Shown here: piece by piece, positions 44,077-54,752 of the stretch
How positions within the stretch are numbered: position 1 is the stretch's first letter
How the letters are laid out: each line of letters begins with the position of its first letter
Virus record (IMG/VR): IMGVR_UViG_3300044842_000203
Span: 32,001-96,000 of that record
Origin: a virus
Taxonomy: Duplodnaviria; Caudoviricetes
DNA length: 64,000 nt
Direction: 5' to 3' (one strand)
Position numbers and translations under genes: made by a program
The notes under the pieces: generated by a model
Seen by the model: only the letters and a program-made list of their open reading frames with translations
Databases searched by the model: none
What the model was told of the DNA's origin: nothing

Positions 44077-46440
44077 CGTCACGCAGGCACTACAGCACAA
44101 CAGCAGCAAGGCCAGAATGGCCGCGCGCAGACTACTCGACTATCTCCACGGGCACGTGCTCGTGCTCGCCATCCATGGCGTCACAGGTGCAACTCAACAT
44201 CCCAACCACCTCGGTGGGTTCGTTGGATGCACGTCGCAGTGCACCCCGCGGACATGGCATGTGCACTCTTGACTCATCCCAGCTACCACCCTTCCTGTCC
44301 GATGCGAAGATGGCCGGACCCCCACCCCGGCCGGTTCGGGCCGCAGCACACCCGCCGCGCCAGCGGCGAAAGACCCCGAGCGTGCGCGTTCCACGGGAGG
44401 TACGAGACTGGTGACCAGAAGCAGAGCCAGCAACCCGCGCCCAACCGGTCAAGCGCGCTACTCCTGATCTCAACGGGTGACCGTCCCCACCAGCGCCGGG
44501 CTCCCACCCCGGCGGTTGGGCTAAGACCCTCGCCACGCGCCCGAGACCCTCGCGTTACGACCGGGCAGCCCTGGAAGTCCATTTCAGCCCTCTGGTGTCT
44601 CGTCCAACTGGATCGCCTGATCCAGCATGCCCAGGGCATGCACTAGCAGTGCTTGCATAAACCGCAGCTCCACGGGGTGCATCCCCCACCGGTTCCGCAA
44701 ACTCTGCGCGTCGATTTCGCCGAGATTCACGGCGCCCTTCGGGGACACGTACACCAGTGTGGGCGAGCCCATCGCGGAGATCAGCGCCACCGCGGTCGAC
44801 CCCGGCTCGGGTACATGGCCCTCGATGCTGGACAGGATCTCCCGCAGTACGCCCGTGCACGGGCCACCGTTCGGCGACACCGACAGCGCGGCATGCGCCC
44901 GGCCGAGCAGATCGCGGCTGATCATGGCCGCCACCCGTCGGCCAGCCAGTCGAGCATCAACCGGCCATCGTCGGACAGTTGCACCCGGCACCCGGATATC
45001 AGCGGCTCAACCAAACCCAGCAGAGCCAGCGTGCACACGTCGATCCGTTCCTCGGGGGTGGCCAGGATCAGCCGATCCAGCGGCCCGACCCACACCCAGC
45101 AGGGACCGTTGCGGCCCTGCCAGCCCTCGGGGGTGTCAGGTTCACCGACCTGCCAATCCGGGGGCGGTGACTGCCAGTAGAGGAGCACCTCACCGGCCAC
45201 GTCGCGAAGTAGACGCCGCTGGTGCGGCGACACATCCAGGATGCCGATCACGCCACCACTCCCTTACTGCGCAGAACAAGATCCTTATGCGATGCCCGGC
45301 AATGGCGATTAGCGAACTTCCACCGCTCGCGCACTAAATACGCATCCCATACCCACGTCTCATCGCCCCCAACGAGATCCACCAAGCTCCCCGTGCTCAC
45401 CCACCGCCACGAAGCGCAGTTGACCTGCCACTCGGCGTTGATCCACGCCTCGCGGGCCCGCCGGTAGGCCATGGTGATGCCGTACCAGCCGCCGAACGGT
45501 TCATGGGACGGGGCGAAGTTCATCCGATCCACCCAGTAGACGTATTCGTCGTACGCGTCGGGCACGCTCGGCAAACCGCTCACCACAAGTCCCTTTTGTT
45601 CGCCGCCCGGATGCACAGCAACCCCGCGAGCGCCAGCAGAAACGCGAGCACGAAGAACGCGATGGCCAGCTGTCCCTGCGTCATGGCACATCAATCCGGG
45701 AGATCGGCAGCAGTCGTTCGAAGCCGGCCAGATCGGCGGCCTGCTCAGCCCGCCAGTAGCCGTCCTCACCGCCCTCGGTGTAGATACCGATCAAGTCGAT
45801 TTCGTTGCCGTCAGCGTTGAGCGCCACCACCCGGTAGCAGTCCGACTCGCGGTAGTGGATGACGCGCACCGTGACGGGCACGGCGATGCTGCGTGCCTTC
45901 AGGAAAGCGCGCACAGCCTCATCGTCGATCTCTTGTCGGGTGCGAGCTGGGCGCACGTGAAACAGCCGGGCTGTCCCGTCTTTGCCGTCGTAGTAGGTCG
46001 CCACGCCACGCGTGCCGGGGCGCCACGACTTGCCTCGACCAGACTTCATCGGCACCAGCCACGGGCCGGAGTCATGCCGCTCGGCGAGATCATCCGGTAG
46101 GTAGGCCGGGGTGCCGTCAGCGTGCCAGCCGACGGGGATCCGCTCATCGCTCATTCAGTCCACATCCAATCGGGAAATGTCGAGTCGGCGGATGCGGGCG
46201 GCGCGGGCGGCCTCACGCTCAGCCAAAGCCTCAGCCTGCTCCGCGTCGAAACGCTGGCCAACCGCGATGCAGGTGATCGGCTCAACCACGTTGTGCGCCT
46301 CGACCACATCCACGGAGAACAGGTCACGGCCACGCAGATAAGTGATGCGCACGGTGCGCCGTGCCAGGAGTCGTTGGATCGCGGCGGCGTTGGCGCCGGC
46401 GAAAGCGGCGGTCATCGGGTCTCCCCAGGTAGGCAACTAA

Positions 46441-46463
46441 CCGGAACATCGCCCACCCTACCA
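46441..46463 (-). promoter_or_regulatory. GTTCCGG-motif promoter
   Basis: TGG-TAGGGT-N7-GTTCCGG. Confidence 0.75.
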
Positions 46464-46472
46464 CATTAAGGG

Positions 46473-47054
46473 TTAGGCGCGTCCAGACACGCGCGCCTCA
46501 GCCTGGAGCACCGCCCGCTGCGCCAGCCGCCGGGTCTCCTCATTCGCCCAATCCAAACCCACCAACTCCGCCATCGACTGCGCCAGCGCCGCCATGCGCT
46601 GCGCATGCTGAGTGCGCGCGGCTGCGGACTGCACCTCCAGCTTCAGCCGCACCGCCGTGGTGAGCAGGGTGCGCAACTCCCGGCGCTCCTCGGCCTCCAT
46701 GCGGGCCAGCGCAGTCGGCTCCTCCCCAGCAACCTCCACGTCCTGCGTGGCCGGGTTGTAGATCAGTTTGTCGCGCACGAGGGCGGCCATGCCGTGATCG
46801 CGGTACTGCTCGGTGAGTTGAGCGGAGAGCACACGGAGGCGTTGCATCGACAGAGCAGCGAGCCGGGCGTAGGTGGGGCCGATCTGTTCGGCCTCCAGGG
46901 GCGCGACGGAGTCGAAGGTGCCCAGATCCATGTCGGCGGCCTTCTGCGGCGCCCAGGAGCGTGCTGAGGCCGTCAGGGCGGCCTGCTGGGCACGGTGGTC
47001 GGCGAAGCGTTGGGCGATGCCGTCGAGCGGGTTGTCGGGGGTGGTGTCGGGCAC
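46473..47054 (-). CDS. Possible terminase small subunit-like helical protein
   Basis: ALV...GEEPTALARMEAEERREL...AVRLKLE...MAELVGLD resembles actinophage TerS-like proteins; TACCCT 6 nt before the GTG suggests a leaderless transcript. Confidence 0.4.
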   Translation of the reverse strand: MPDTTPDNPLDGIAQRFADHRAQQAALTASARSWAPQKAADMDLGTFDSVAPLEAEQIGPTYARLAALSMQRLRVLSAQLTEQYRDHGMAALVRDKLIYNPATQDVEVAGEEPTALARMEAEERRELRTLLTTAVRLKLEVQSAAARTQHAQRMAALAQSMAELVGLDWANEETRRLAQRAVLQAEARVSGRA

Positions 47055-47463
47055 GTGGGGAGGGTAGCGCCCACCATGATCATCCGCGCACAAATCTAAC
47101 CTCGGGTCGAGCGGCGCCTTTATAACTCAACCTTTGTGGCATAACTGTTTCCGGCCCTGAGCGCCAGATCCCGACTTACGACGGGTATACACACGGGGTG
47201 TCGGGAGCGTCCATCAGCTGGGTACCTGACAAAGGGCGGGTGGCCAATTTCATGTGTATACCCCTCCTAAGTCGGACCTGGCGCCGCTCAGGCCCAATGT
47301 TGCGCTGCCATATTGATAAGTCCGGAGCCGTGGATGTATGGCCAGATGGCTCACGTGCAGGACCCCTTTACGCCAACATTGATGTTGATCTTCCCGAAGG
47401 GTGGACAGCGATCATGGACGAACCGCCCACTTCACGTGCCTAGAAGGGGTCCGTGCACGCGTG

Positions 47464-47487
47464 TGGTAGGCTCTGGTCACGTTCCGG
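47464..47487 (+). promoter_or_regulatory. GTTCCGG-motif promoter
   Basis: TGG-TAGGCT-N8-GTTCCGG. Confidence 0.7.
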
Positions 47488-47574
47488 CAAGGGTTCCGAT
47501 CCTCTGACACAAGTTGATCAGATCTATGCGTCAACAAGTATACGGAGATCGGCCATATTACTGAGGAGTAACAA

Positions 47575-48825
47575 ATGTCATCTGGCACTATTTCGGCTGC
47601 CAATGTTGAGCACTACGTCCACGCCGCACTCAGCCACACGCCCGTTACGGCCACCAGGATGGGTGTGCTCACAATGATTCGGGATGCCCTCGTGGGCACC
47701 GAGCACCCAGCGATTGCCCGCGAGTTAGAGCGCACCGCAGTCCCCCTGGCACGCGCTCTGGCCGTCGAGACTCTGGACGAGATCGACGGTGCGATGCGTG
47801 CCCTCAAGGGTCGGCCGCCGATCGGCGTGACTCGTGCTCTGGCTGATCCGGAGTTCGTGACGGTGCTGGTGGACTCGATGGAGGTAATGGGCTGGTCGGA
47901 TCTGGCGTTGCGCGCAGCTCGGTGGGGCGCACGCAATCCGCGTAATCCTCTGGAGGCGTTGCCGCTGGCCGGTGATGCTCTGGCGCAGCGAGCGGATCTG
48001 TTGGGTCAGTTGCGGCTGCGTGCGGAGGAGTTGCGGACGGGTTGGCGCGAGGCCGGGGCGATGCTCAATGGCGATGCGGTGTTCGTTGATGGGCGTTCGC
48101 TTGCGGCGGCGGCGCGGGCGTGGCAGATACCGATGATCACGGGCGAGGTGCCGGAGAAGCCGACTGCAACGGCGGTGCTGCATCCGAATCGGCTGGGCCG
48201 TACGGCAGCGATTGTGGCGTTTGCGCAGCTGCCGAAGGTGGTGCGGTCGACAGCACCAGACGCGGTGATCTTTGAGTCGCTGGCTTTGATGGTTGCGGTG
48301 GGGGAGTCGATTACGCGCTGGGTTCCCAGTAATGAGCAGCGGGGCTTGATGGTGTGGGACGCGTCGACGGTCACAGCGGCAACTCGGGGGGAGCTGCCGG
48401 TGCGTGTGCGCGTGGGCGAGCCGGTGGAGCCTGAGTCAGCGAACTTGTCGATGTGGTGGCCGGTGCTTTCGGCGTGGGGTGCGACATCGAAGCGCGCGGC
48501 GACGGCGATGCCGACGGCGTGGCGGCTATCAGAGGTTGAGGCCGATGTTCTGGTGTGGGTGTTGTGTAGTTGCGCGGCGCGTTTGGGGGTGGCTGCGTCG
48601 ATGCCGGCGCCGGTGCGGTCGGTTCGCCCGTGGGCGGCTCCGACTCCGGTGACGTGGGAGCAGCACTGGTCTGAGGAGTCGCGTAAGTGGGAGATGGGGG
48701 TGCGCTCGGTGTGGGGGTTGATGCAGAGCGTGCGTCGGTTTGAGTCGCGTACGGCGTACCCGGAGGATGGGTCACTGGCGTGGGCCTTGGATGACGATTC
48801 GTTGTGGCCGTGGCGGGCGCGGTAG
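47575..48825 (+). CDS. Hypothetical protein
   Basis: 416-aa ORF with GAGGAG RBS; first gene of the rightward block. Confidence 0.65.
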   Translation: MSSGTISAANVEHYVHAALSHTPVTATRMGVLTMIRDALVGTEHPAIARELERTAVPLARALAVETLDEIDGAMRALKGRPPIGVTRALADPEFVTVLVDSMEVMGWSDLALRAARWGARNPRNPLEALPLAGDALAQRADLLGQLRLRAEELRTGWREAGAMLNGDAVFVDGRSLAAAARAWQIPMITGEVPEKPTATAVLHPNRLGRTAAIVAFAQLPKVVRSTAPDAVIFESLALMVAVGESITRWVPSNEQRGLMVWDASTVTAATRGELPVRVRVGEPVEPESANLSMWWPVLSAWGATSKRAATAMPTAWRLSEVEADVLVWVLCSCAARLGVAASMPAPVRSVRPWAAPTPVTWEQHWSEESRKWEMGVRSVWGLMQSVRRFESRTAYPEDGSLAWALDDDSLWPWRAR

Positions 48826-48843
48826 CGCCCCATCCCGCAGCAA

Positions 48844-48866
48844 TGGTACGCTGTACCCTGTTCCGG
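48844..48866 (+). promoter_or_regulatory. GTTCCGG-motif promoter
   Basis: TGG-TACGCT-N7-GTTCCGG. Confidence 0.75.
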
Positions 48867-48891
48867 CTTGACCGATGAGAGAGGCATACCG

Positions 48892-50241
48892 ATGACCACG
48901 GCGACCACCGTCTGGACGCCCGGCGCGCAGCAGGCCGAGGCGTTAGCTGACATCCGCGACTGGTACACCAACCCGGCCCGTAAGCATGAGCAGATCTACC
49001 GACTGTTCGGCTACGCGGGCGTGGGCAAGACCACGTGCTCGTGTCACGCGGTGGGCCAGCTGGGCTTGTCGGATGTGTGCGCGGCGGCGTACACGGGCAA
49101 GGCGGCGCACGTGATGCGCACTCGCGGCGGGTGGCCGCAGGCACAGACGATCCACTCGTTGATTTACAAGCCGTTGGGGGACTCGAATCCGGAGTTGGAT
49201 CGGCTTCGGGCTGAGTTGCTGGCCATCGAGGAGAATCCCGAGATCAGCGATGAGCTGCGCGCGGAGCTGGTCGCCGAGATCAAGACGCAGATCAAGGCGG
49301 AGGAGCGTAAGCCGAAGCAGATGCGGTTCACGCTGGCTGAGGACTCGGATCTGGCGTACGCCCAGTTGTGCGTGGTCGACGAGGTGTCGATGGTGGGCGA
49401 GAACATGGCCGCAGATTTGCTGCGGTTCGGTAAGAAGATCCTGGTGTTGGGTGATCCGGCGCAGCTGCCCCCGGTGGGTCGTGATGAGGGGTTTTTCACG
49501 AACGCGGCACCGAATTACCTGTTGACGGAGGTGCACCGGGCGGCGTGGGATCACCCGATCACGCGGATTGCCACGATGATCCGGGAGTCGGATCCGCGCC
49601 AGCGCATGCTGGGTTTCACGACCAGTGTGGGTAACTGTGGCCGCTATGACCGGTTGCCGACGGGCATTGAGCGTTATGACCAGGTGATTTGTGGCACGAA
49701 CCGCACCCGCTGGCGTTTGATCAACAAGATTCGGGATGCGCTCGGGTTCTACGGGCCGGCTCCGGTGGTGGGGGATCGGATCATTGTGCTGGCCAACTCG
49801 AAAGACGCTGGGGTTTTCAACGGTCAGCAGTTTGAGGTGTTGGCGTGCGAGGCGGATCCGGAGGATCGGCGGGCCGAGAAGTGGATGCTCACTGTCCGCG
49901 ATGACGAGGGTTTGGAGCGGTCGTTGCGGGTGTGGCGTGAGGGTTTCACCGGTCCGGAGGGTGAGAAGGACATCAAGTTCTCGGGTCGTGGGCTCACCGC
50001 GGCGGCTACGTTCGCGCAGGCGATCACCTGTCACAAGTCGCAAGGATCTGAGTTCAGTAATGTTCTTGTGGTAGACGAGTCGCACGTGTTCCGCACGGCC
50101 AGGCTCAAGTCAGCGCAGGGGCAGCGGGAAGTGGCGCGAGCGCACGAAGAGGCCCGCAGTTGGCTCTACACGGCGGTGACACGGGCCAGTAATCACGTCA
50201 GCGTGATGGATGTTGATGACCTGTTGCCGAGGCGGCGGTGA
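48892..50241 (+). CDS. Dda/RecD-like SF1B DNA helicase
   Basis: GYAGVGKTT, TGKAA, TIHSLIY, VVDEVSMV, LGDPAQLPPV, AITCHKSQGSEF, LYTAVTRA. Confidence 0.92.
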   Translation: MTTATTVWTPGAQQAEALADIRDWYTNPARKHEQIYRLFGYAGVGKTTCSCHAVGQLGLSDVCAAAYTGKAAHVMRTRGGWPQAQTIHSLIYKPLGDSNPELDRLRAELLAIEENPEISDELRAELVAEIKTQIKAEERKPKQMRFTLAEDSDLAYAQLCVVDEVSMVGENMAADLLRFGKKILVLGDPAQLPPVGRDEGFFTNAAPNYLLTEVHRAAWDHPITRIATMIRESDPRQRMLGFTTSVGNCGRYDRLPTGIERYDQVICGTNRTRWRLINKIRDALGFYGPAPVVGDRIIVLANSKDAGVFNGQQFEVLACEADPEDRRAEKWMLTVRDDEGLERSLRVWREGFTGPEGEKDIKFSGRGLTAAATFAQAITCHKSQGSEFSNVLVVDESHVFRTARLKSAQGQREVARAHEEARSWLYTAVTRASNHVSVMDVDDLLPRRR

Positions 50242-50993
50242 TCCGTTGTGGGAGCTGCGCTCAGCCCATCACGGGTTGGGCGTGGTTCCATCAGCGGTTG
50301 CGGCTTCATGTGCACGACGACCCGACCTGCCAGGCGAACCTGCCAGGCGAACCTGGCAGGTGAGGATGTGCGGAGGCAGTGCATGTCTCGGGTCAATGTG
50401 CCTCCCGTGGGCCCGGTGGATCTTCCGTGGCCGGCGCCTCCGCCGGGTAGCCCGTATGCGCAGATGTGGATTGCGGAGTTAACCGAGGATCAGCGAAAGG
50501 CTTTACCGGCGCACTATCACCGACCATTTTTCGATGCGCTGTCCACGCCGTCGGCGTGGGTGTGTGAGGTGTGCTGGGGCGATGGCTGGTCGACGCAGTG
50601 GCCGTGCCTGCCTGCGCGGGATGGCGGTATCGAGTTGGCGAAGTCGCTGAATCTTGGGTTCGTGTCGTGACTGCTCGCATCTTTGTGCTTATCGTGCTCG
50701 ACTATGTGGTGTGTTTCTATTTGGTGTTTTGGTGGGGCTGGTCACCGTTGTGGCTGTTTATGTTGTGGCTGGTGGCTGGTGTGTTGTTTGCGTTCAAATC
50801 GGAGATTGATGAGTGGTGGAGGGGGAGTCGTGACGGTTATTCAGACAATTCATGATCTCGCGGTGATGATTGTTGCGGCGGGTGCTGGCTTGGGTGGTAT
50901 TTTGATCGGTCATTACATTCGCCGTGATCAGGAGCGCCAGTCCCGTGATCAGTCCAGGGCGCTCAACGATCAAACTGTTCGGCTTCCGAAGTC

Positions 50994-52982
50994 ATGACCG
51001 CGCAGCTGCACCATCAGCCTCCGGAGGTGGGTATTGATGCCCGTGGGCGGCTGATAGCGCGCCACGTGTACGCCTGGCATGAGGCGATCCGGGACATCCC
51101 CGGTGCCCGCTACGCCGGCCAGCAGGCCCGCTACTGGTACATGCCGGCCTCGCCGGAGATCGCGGCCCGGCTGCTCTCGGTGCTGTCCGAATCGGGTGCT
51201 CTGGTTTCGCCACGGGTTGCGGCGCTGGTTGCCGACCATGAGGGCCGGGAGGCGCGCCGGGCGGCGGCAGCGGACGAGTCAGCGCCGTTGCCGCGCCTGC
51301 CGTGGCATGAGTGGCTGCGCACCAACCCGTGGGATCACCAGAAGCGGGGGATCAACTTCATCAAAGAGTCCTCCGCTGTGGCGATCGGCTCGGGTATGGG
51401 TACGGGCAAAAGCCTCATGGTGGTGGGTGGGGCGAACGCGAAACAGGTCCGCAAGCTGCTGATTGTGGCCCCCGCGAAGGCCGCGGGGGTGTGGCCGCGG
51501 GAGTTCCGGCTGCACAGCTCGATCGAGTGGCATGTGGTGAACGGCAACGTGCGCGGCAGGCGGGGCGCGCTGATTCGGCAGTCTCTGGAGGCCCGCTGGC
51601 GGTCCATGGTGGATGCGCTGACCCGTTGTGGTTGCGGGAAACCGCATGCGGTGGTGGTGGGCTATGAGGCTTTGGCGAAGGATCCGATGGCTTCAGCGGA
51701 CATGAACGCTTTGGGTATCGAGATGGTGGTGCATGACGAGTGCCATCGGCTGAAGTCCCCGAGTGGGGGCTCGTCGTGGACGGCGGCGTCGTGGGTGGGG
51801 AAGATCCCGAACCGGGTGGGGTTGTCGGGCACGTTGATGCCGCAGTCCCCGGCGGATGTGTACGCCATTTACCGCGCCCTGGATCCGGGTATTTTCGGCA
51901 CGAACTATCAGCTGTTTTGTCAGCGTTACATTGTGATGCGCAAGAATCGGGAGGGCACACGGGAGTTCCCGGTCGATGTGCTCAAAGAAAAGCGTGTCGA
52001 GTTTTCCCGCAAGTTTCATTCGATCTGCTATTTGCCGGTGGTGGATCTGCGCCTGCCGCCGATGATTCACAACATTGTGCCGGTGGAGTTTGAGCCGGCC
52101 GCGCGGCGCGCCTACGACGATGTGCGCGATAAGGGGATCGCGAATCTGCGTGAGGCGATGGTTGCCGCGGGCCAGTCGGTGGATCCGGATGCTGATGAGG
52201 TGACGGTGGCCCCGGCGAACTCGGGTGTGGAGTTGCTGCGCCTGGCGCAGTTGACGGGTGGGGCAACGCGGGATGACGAGAACAACACGGTGATCGTGTC
52301 GCATGCGAAGGCTAACGCTCTGGCGGAGTTGCTCAACGATGTGGGCTGCCGTAGGGGCGGCACGGATGGCCGGCATCAACCGGAGCCGGTGGTGGTGTTT
52401 TGCCGTTTCCGGCATGACTTGGACGCGGTGCGGGGGGTGGCGGAGGCTGCGCAGTTGCGGTATGCGGAGGTCTCGGGCGCGCGTAAGGATGGCCTGGACG
52501 CGGATGCGAAGATGAACCCGGATTGTGATGTGGTGGGGGTGCAGATCGCTTCGGGTGGTGAGGCGGTTGATTTCACTCGCGCACATATTGTGGTGTGGTG
52601 GTCGGTGGGATTTGAGCTGTGGCGTTTTCAGCAGGCGCAGAAGCGGGTGCACCGGCCGGGGCAGACTCGCCCGACACTGAATTATTACCTTATTGTGGAG
52701 AACACCATTGATGGGATCATTTACGCGTCGCTGAATAAGAAAGAGCGGGTTATTGACACGATTGTGGCGGCGGCGTATGCGCGGGGTGGGGCGGATGCGG
52801 AGCCGTCTACTGAGTCGTTGCCGGGTTTGGACACCGAAGGCGAGCTGATCACTCCGGAGCCGGGGGTGCCGAGTTGGTTGCTGCCCGAGACGACGGGTTC
52901 GCGTAAGCGGGCAACTCCGGAGCGTGATAGAGAGGCTGCGCAGTTGGCGTTGATCGGCATGGAGGGACTGGGCGAGTTCTGA
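50994..52982 (+). CDS. SNF2-family helicase with HARP-like N-terminus
   Basis: MGTGKS, DECHRLK, LSGT, QAQKRVHRPGQ; N-terminal AIRDIPGARY..YW. Confidence 0.9.
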   Translation: MTAQLHHQPPEVGIDARGRLIARHVYAWHEAIRDIPGARYAGQQARYWYMPASPEIAARLLSVLSESGALVSPRVAALVADHEGREARRAAAADESAPLPRLPWHEWLRTNPWDHQKRGINFIKESSAVAIGSGMGTGKSLMVVGGANAKQVRKLLIVAPAKAAGVWPREFRLHSSIEWHVVNGNVRGRRGALIRQSLEARWRSMVDALTRCGCGKPHAVVVGYEALAKDPMASADMNALGIEMVVHDECHRLKSPSGGSSWTAASWVGKIPNRVGLSGTLMPQSPADVYAIYRALDPGIFGTNYQLFCQRYIVMRKNREGTREFPVDVLKEKRVEFSRKFHSICYLPVVDLRLPPMIHNIVPVEFEPAARRAYDDVRDKGIANLREAMVAAGQSVDPDADEVTVAPANSGVELLRLAQLTGGATRDDENNTVIVSHAKANALAELLNDVGCRRGGTDGRHQPEPVVVFCRFRHDLDAVRGVAEAAQLRYAEVSGARKDGLDADAKMNPDCDVVGVQIASGGEAVDFTRAHIVVWWSVGFELWRFQQAQKRVHRPGQTRPTLNYYLIVENTIDGIIYASLNKKERVIDTIVAAAYARGGADAEPSTESLPGLDTEGELITPEPGVPSWLLPETTGSRKRATPERDREAAQLALIGMEGLGEF

Positions 52983-53006
52983 CCTGCGCTTATTGTCGTA
53001 GGCGTT

Positions 53007-53029
53007 TGATAGAGTGCGCCGTGTTCCAG
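53007..53029 (+). promoter_or_regulatory. GTTCCGG-motif promoter (variant)
   Basis: TGA-TAGAGT-N7-GTTCCAG. Confidence 0.65.
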
Positions 53030-53045
53030 GTCGGGAGGAGACACC

Positions 53046-53906
53046 ATGGCGCACTTCATCACGGGCAAGCTCTGTTTGTTTGACCTCGAAACGGACGCAA
53101 AGGACCCGGATGAGGCGCATCTCGTGCAGGCGGCGGCGGTGCACGTGCGCCCCGGTGAGGACCGCACCGAACTGGAGTGGATCGCGCGCCCGCGCCGACC
53201 AATCCCGGATGAGGCGGCTGGCGTGCACGGCATCACCACGGAGCGCGCGCGGGCCGAGGGGCGCGATATTCGCCTGGTGCTTGACGAGATCCTGAGTCGG
53301 GGTCTGGCCCCGTGGGGTTCGAACTGCCCACTGATAGGGCATAACATCTCATATGATCTTACTGTTCTTGATCGGGAGTTGCGGCGCTGCTGCGGCCAGG
53401 AGCTGACCTTGCGCGGCCCGGTGATCGACACACTGCTGCTGGACAAGTGCTGTGATCAGTGGCGGCCGGGTTCGCGGCAGCTCAAAGACACTGCCGCGCA
53501 TTACGGGTTTGAGCTGGTAGAGGCGCACAGCGCGGCGCCGGATGCGTTGATGGCGGGCCGTATCGCGTGGCGCATGGCGGTCAAGCAAGACTGGCCCAAC
53601 GGCAAGTACGGGCCTTCGAAGCTGGAGCGCGAGGCGCGCAAGGCGGTCCGCATGGGGGATGCGGCGGCGCTGCACGAGTTGCAGATCCGCTGGTATGAGG
53701 AAACTCAGCTGGGTTTGGCGGATTACTTCGAGACTCCGAAGGCGATCGAGGCGATCGAGCGCAAGGTCGCCGATGAGCGCATGACGCGCGAGCAGGGTGA
53801 TGCGGCGATTGCGGCGTTGCCGGAGGATGCGCGGCGCTGTCGGGAGTCTGCGGTGGGTGGTTGGCCGGTGCGCCCGCGTCGCGCGGCGCCGGTGGTGGTT
53901 GTTTAG
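53046..53906 (+). CDS. DEDDh 3'-5' exonuclease (DnaQ-like)
   Basis: FDLET, VHGITT, HNISYD, AHSAAPDA. Confidence 0.9.
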   Translation: MAHFITGKLCLFDLETDAKDPDEAHLVQAAAVHVRPGEDRTELEWIARPRRPIPDEAAGVHGITTERARAEGRDIRLVLDEILSRGLAPWGSNCPLIGHNISYDLTVLDRELRRCCGQELTLRGPVIDTLLLDKCCDQWRPGSRQLKDTAAHYGFELVEAHSAAPDALMAGRIAWRMAVKQDWPNGKYGPSKLEREARKAVRMGDAAALHELQIRWYEETQLGLADYFETPKAIEAIERKVADERMTREQGDAAIAALPEDARRCRESAVGGWPVRPRRAAPVVVV

Positions 53907-53992
53907 TCTGCACTTCCCTGCGCGCTGCGTGAGGGGCGCCGTACCCTGCGTGAACTCGCGGCAGGAGCACGTTGCGTGCCCTACCCCGCGGC

Positions 53993-54015
53993 TGGTAGGG
54001 TGTGACTCGTTCCGG
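53993..54015 (+). promoter_or_regulatory. GTTCCGG-motif promoter
   Basis: TGG-TAGGGT-N7-GTTCCGG. Confidence 0.75.
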
Positions 54016-54044
54016 CAGTGCCCTGTAGTGAGGAGTGCGATCCC

Positions 54045-54629
54045 ATGGCCGATTTGTCTGTTGCTGCGCCCGTTGACCCGGTTGCACGCGCCGTCACCGC
54101 TATCGAAGCCGTCGAAGCTGTCATCCAGGCCGGGTTGCTGGGATGCAGCGGCGGCAACGTGGTCGACGGCGCACTGTTCCGCCGCGTCGATCAACTCGAC
54201 GCGCTGCGTAAAGAACTCAAGCGGCTCACCGAGCAGGTCGCCGAACTGGTCGCCAAAGGTCAAGAAGTCCTCGTCGATCAGTACGCGGCCATGGGGATCA
54301 GCGAAATCGGTTTCGATGACCGGTTCGGCTCCCTCCAGTCGCAGGTGTGGGCGCGCAAAAAGGATCCGACCGTGACCACACAGGATGTGGTCGCCGCGCT
54401 GGCGGCCGATGGCTTGACGGAATTGATTACCGAGCCGTCCTACAACGCACAAAGCCTGTCCGCATTCGTGCGGGGATTGGAGGAAGAAGGCAAGCCCATT
54501 CCACAGAATCTTGCCGAGGTTATCGAGGCGTATGAGACGTGGAAGGTGAGCTTCACAACGCGCCGGCCCAACCGGGCGCGCCGCCGGTTGGCGGGGGCTC
54601 ACAGCGCCGTCCTCGACGGCGAGTCGTAG
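54045..54629 (+). CDS. Conserved phage replication-region coiled-coil protein
   Basis: Motif promoter and GAGGAG; YNAQSLSAFVR motif. Confidence 0.65.
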   Translation: MADLSVAAPVDPVARAVTAIEAVEAVIQAGLLGCSGGNVVDGALFRRVDQLDALRKELKRLTEQVAELVAKGQEVLVDQYAAMGISEIGFDDRFGSLQSQVWARKKDPTVTTQDVVAALAADGLTELITEPSYNAQSLSAFVRGLEEEGKPIPQNLAEVIEAYETWKVSFTTRRPNRARRRLAGAHSAVLDGES

Positions 54630-54752
54630 CCCGCTCGTGCACATGCACCGGGCTAGCGTTGTGGCCCCCTGCGTGTGCGGCCGGGTGGGTTGTGGTGACC
54701 CATCCCGAGTCGGCAGACGGCCACTCGGGGAGAGAACAAGGGAGTGCAACAC

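Noticed and set aside
51500-51510. Mid-gene GTTCCGG copies (e.g. in SNF2, at 59466, and in MuF)
   Set aside because: No -10, RBS or start codon nearby; consistent with chance occurrence
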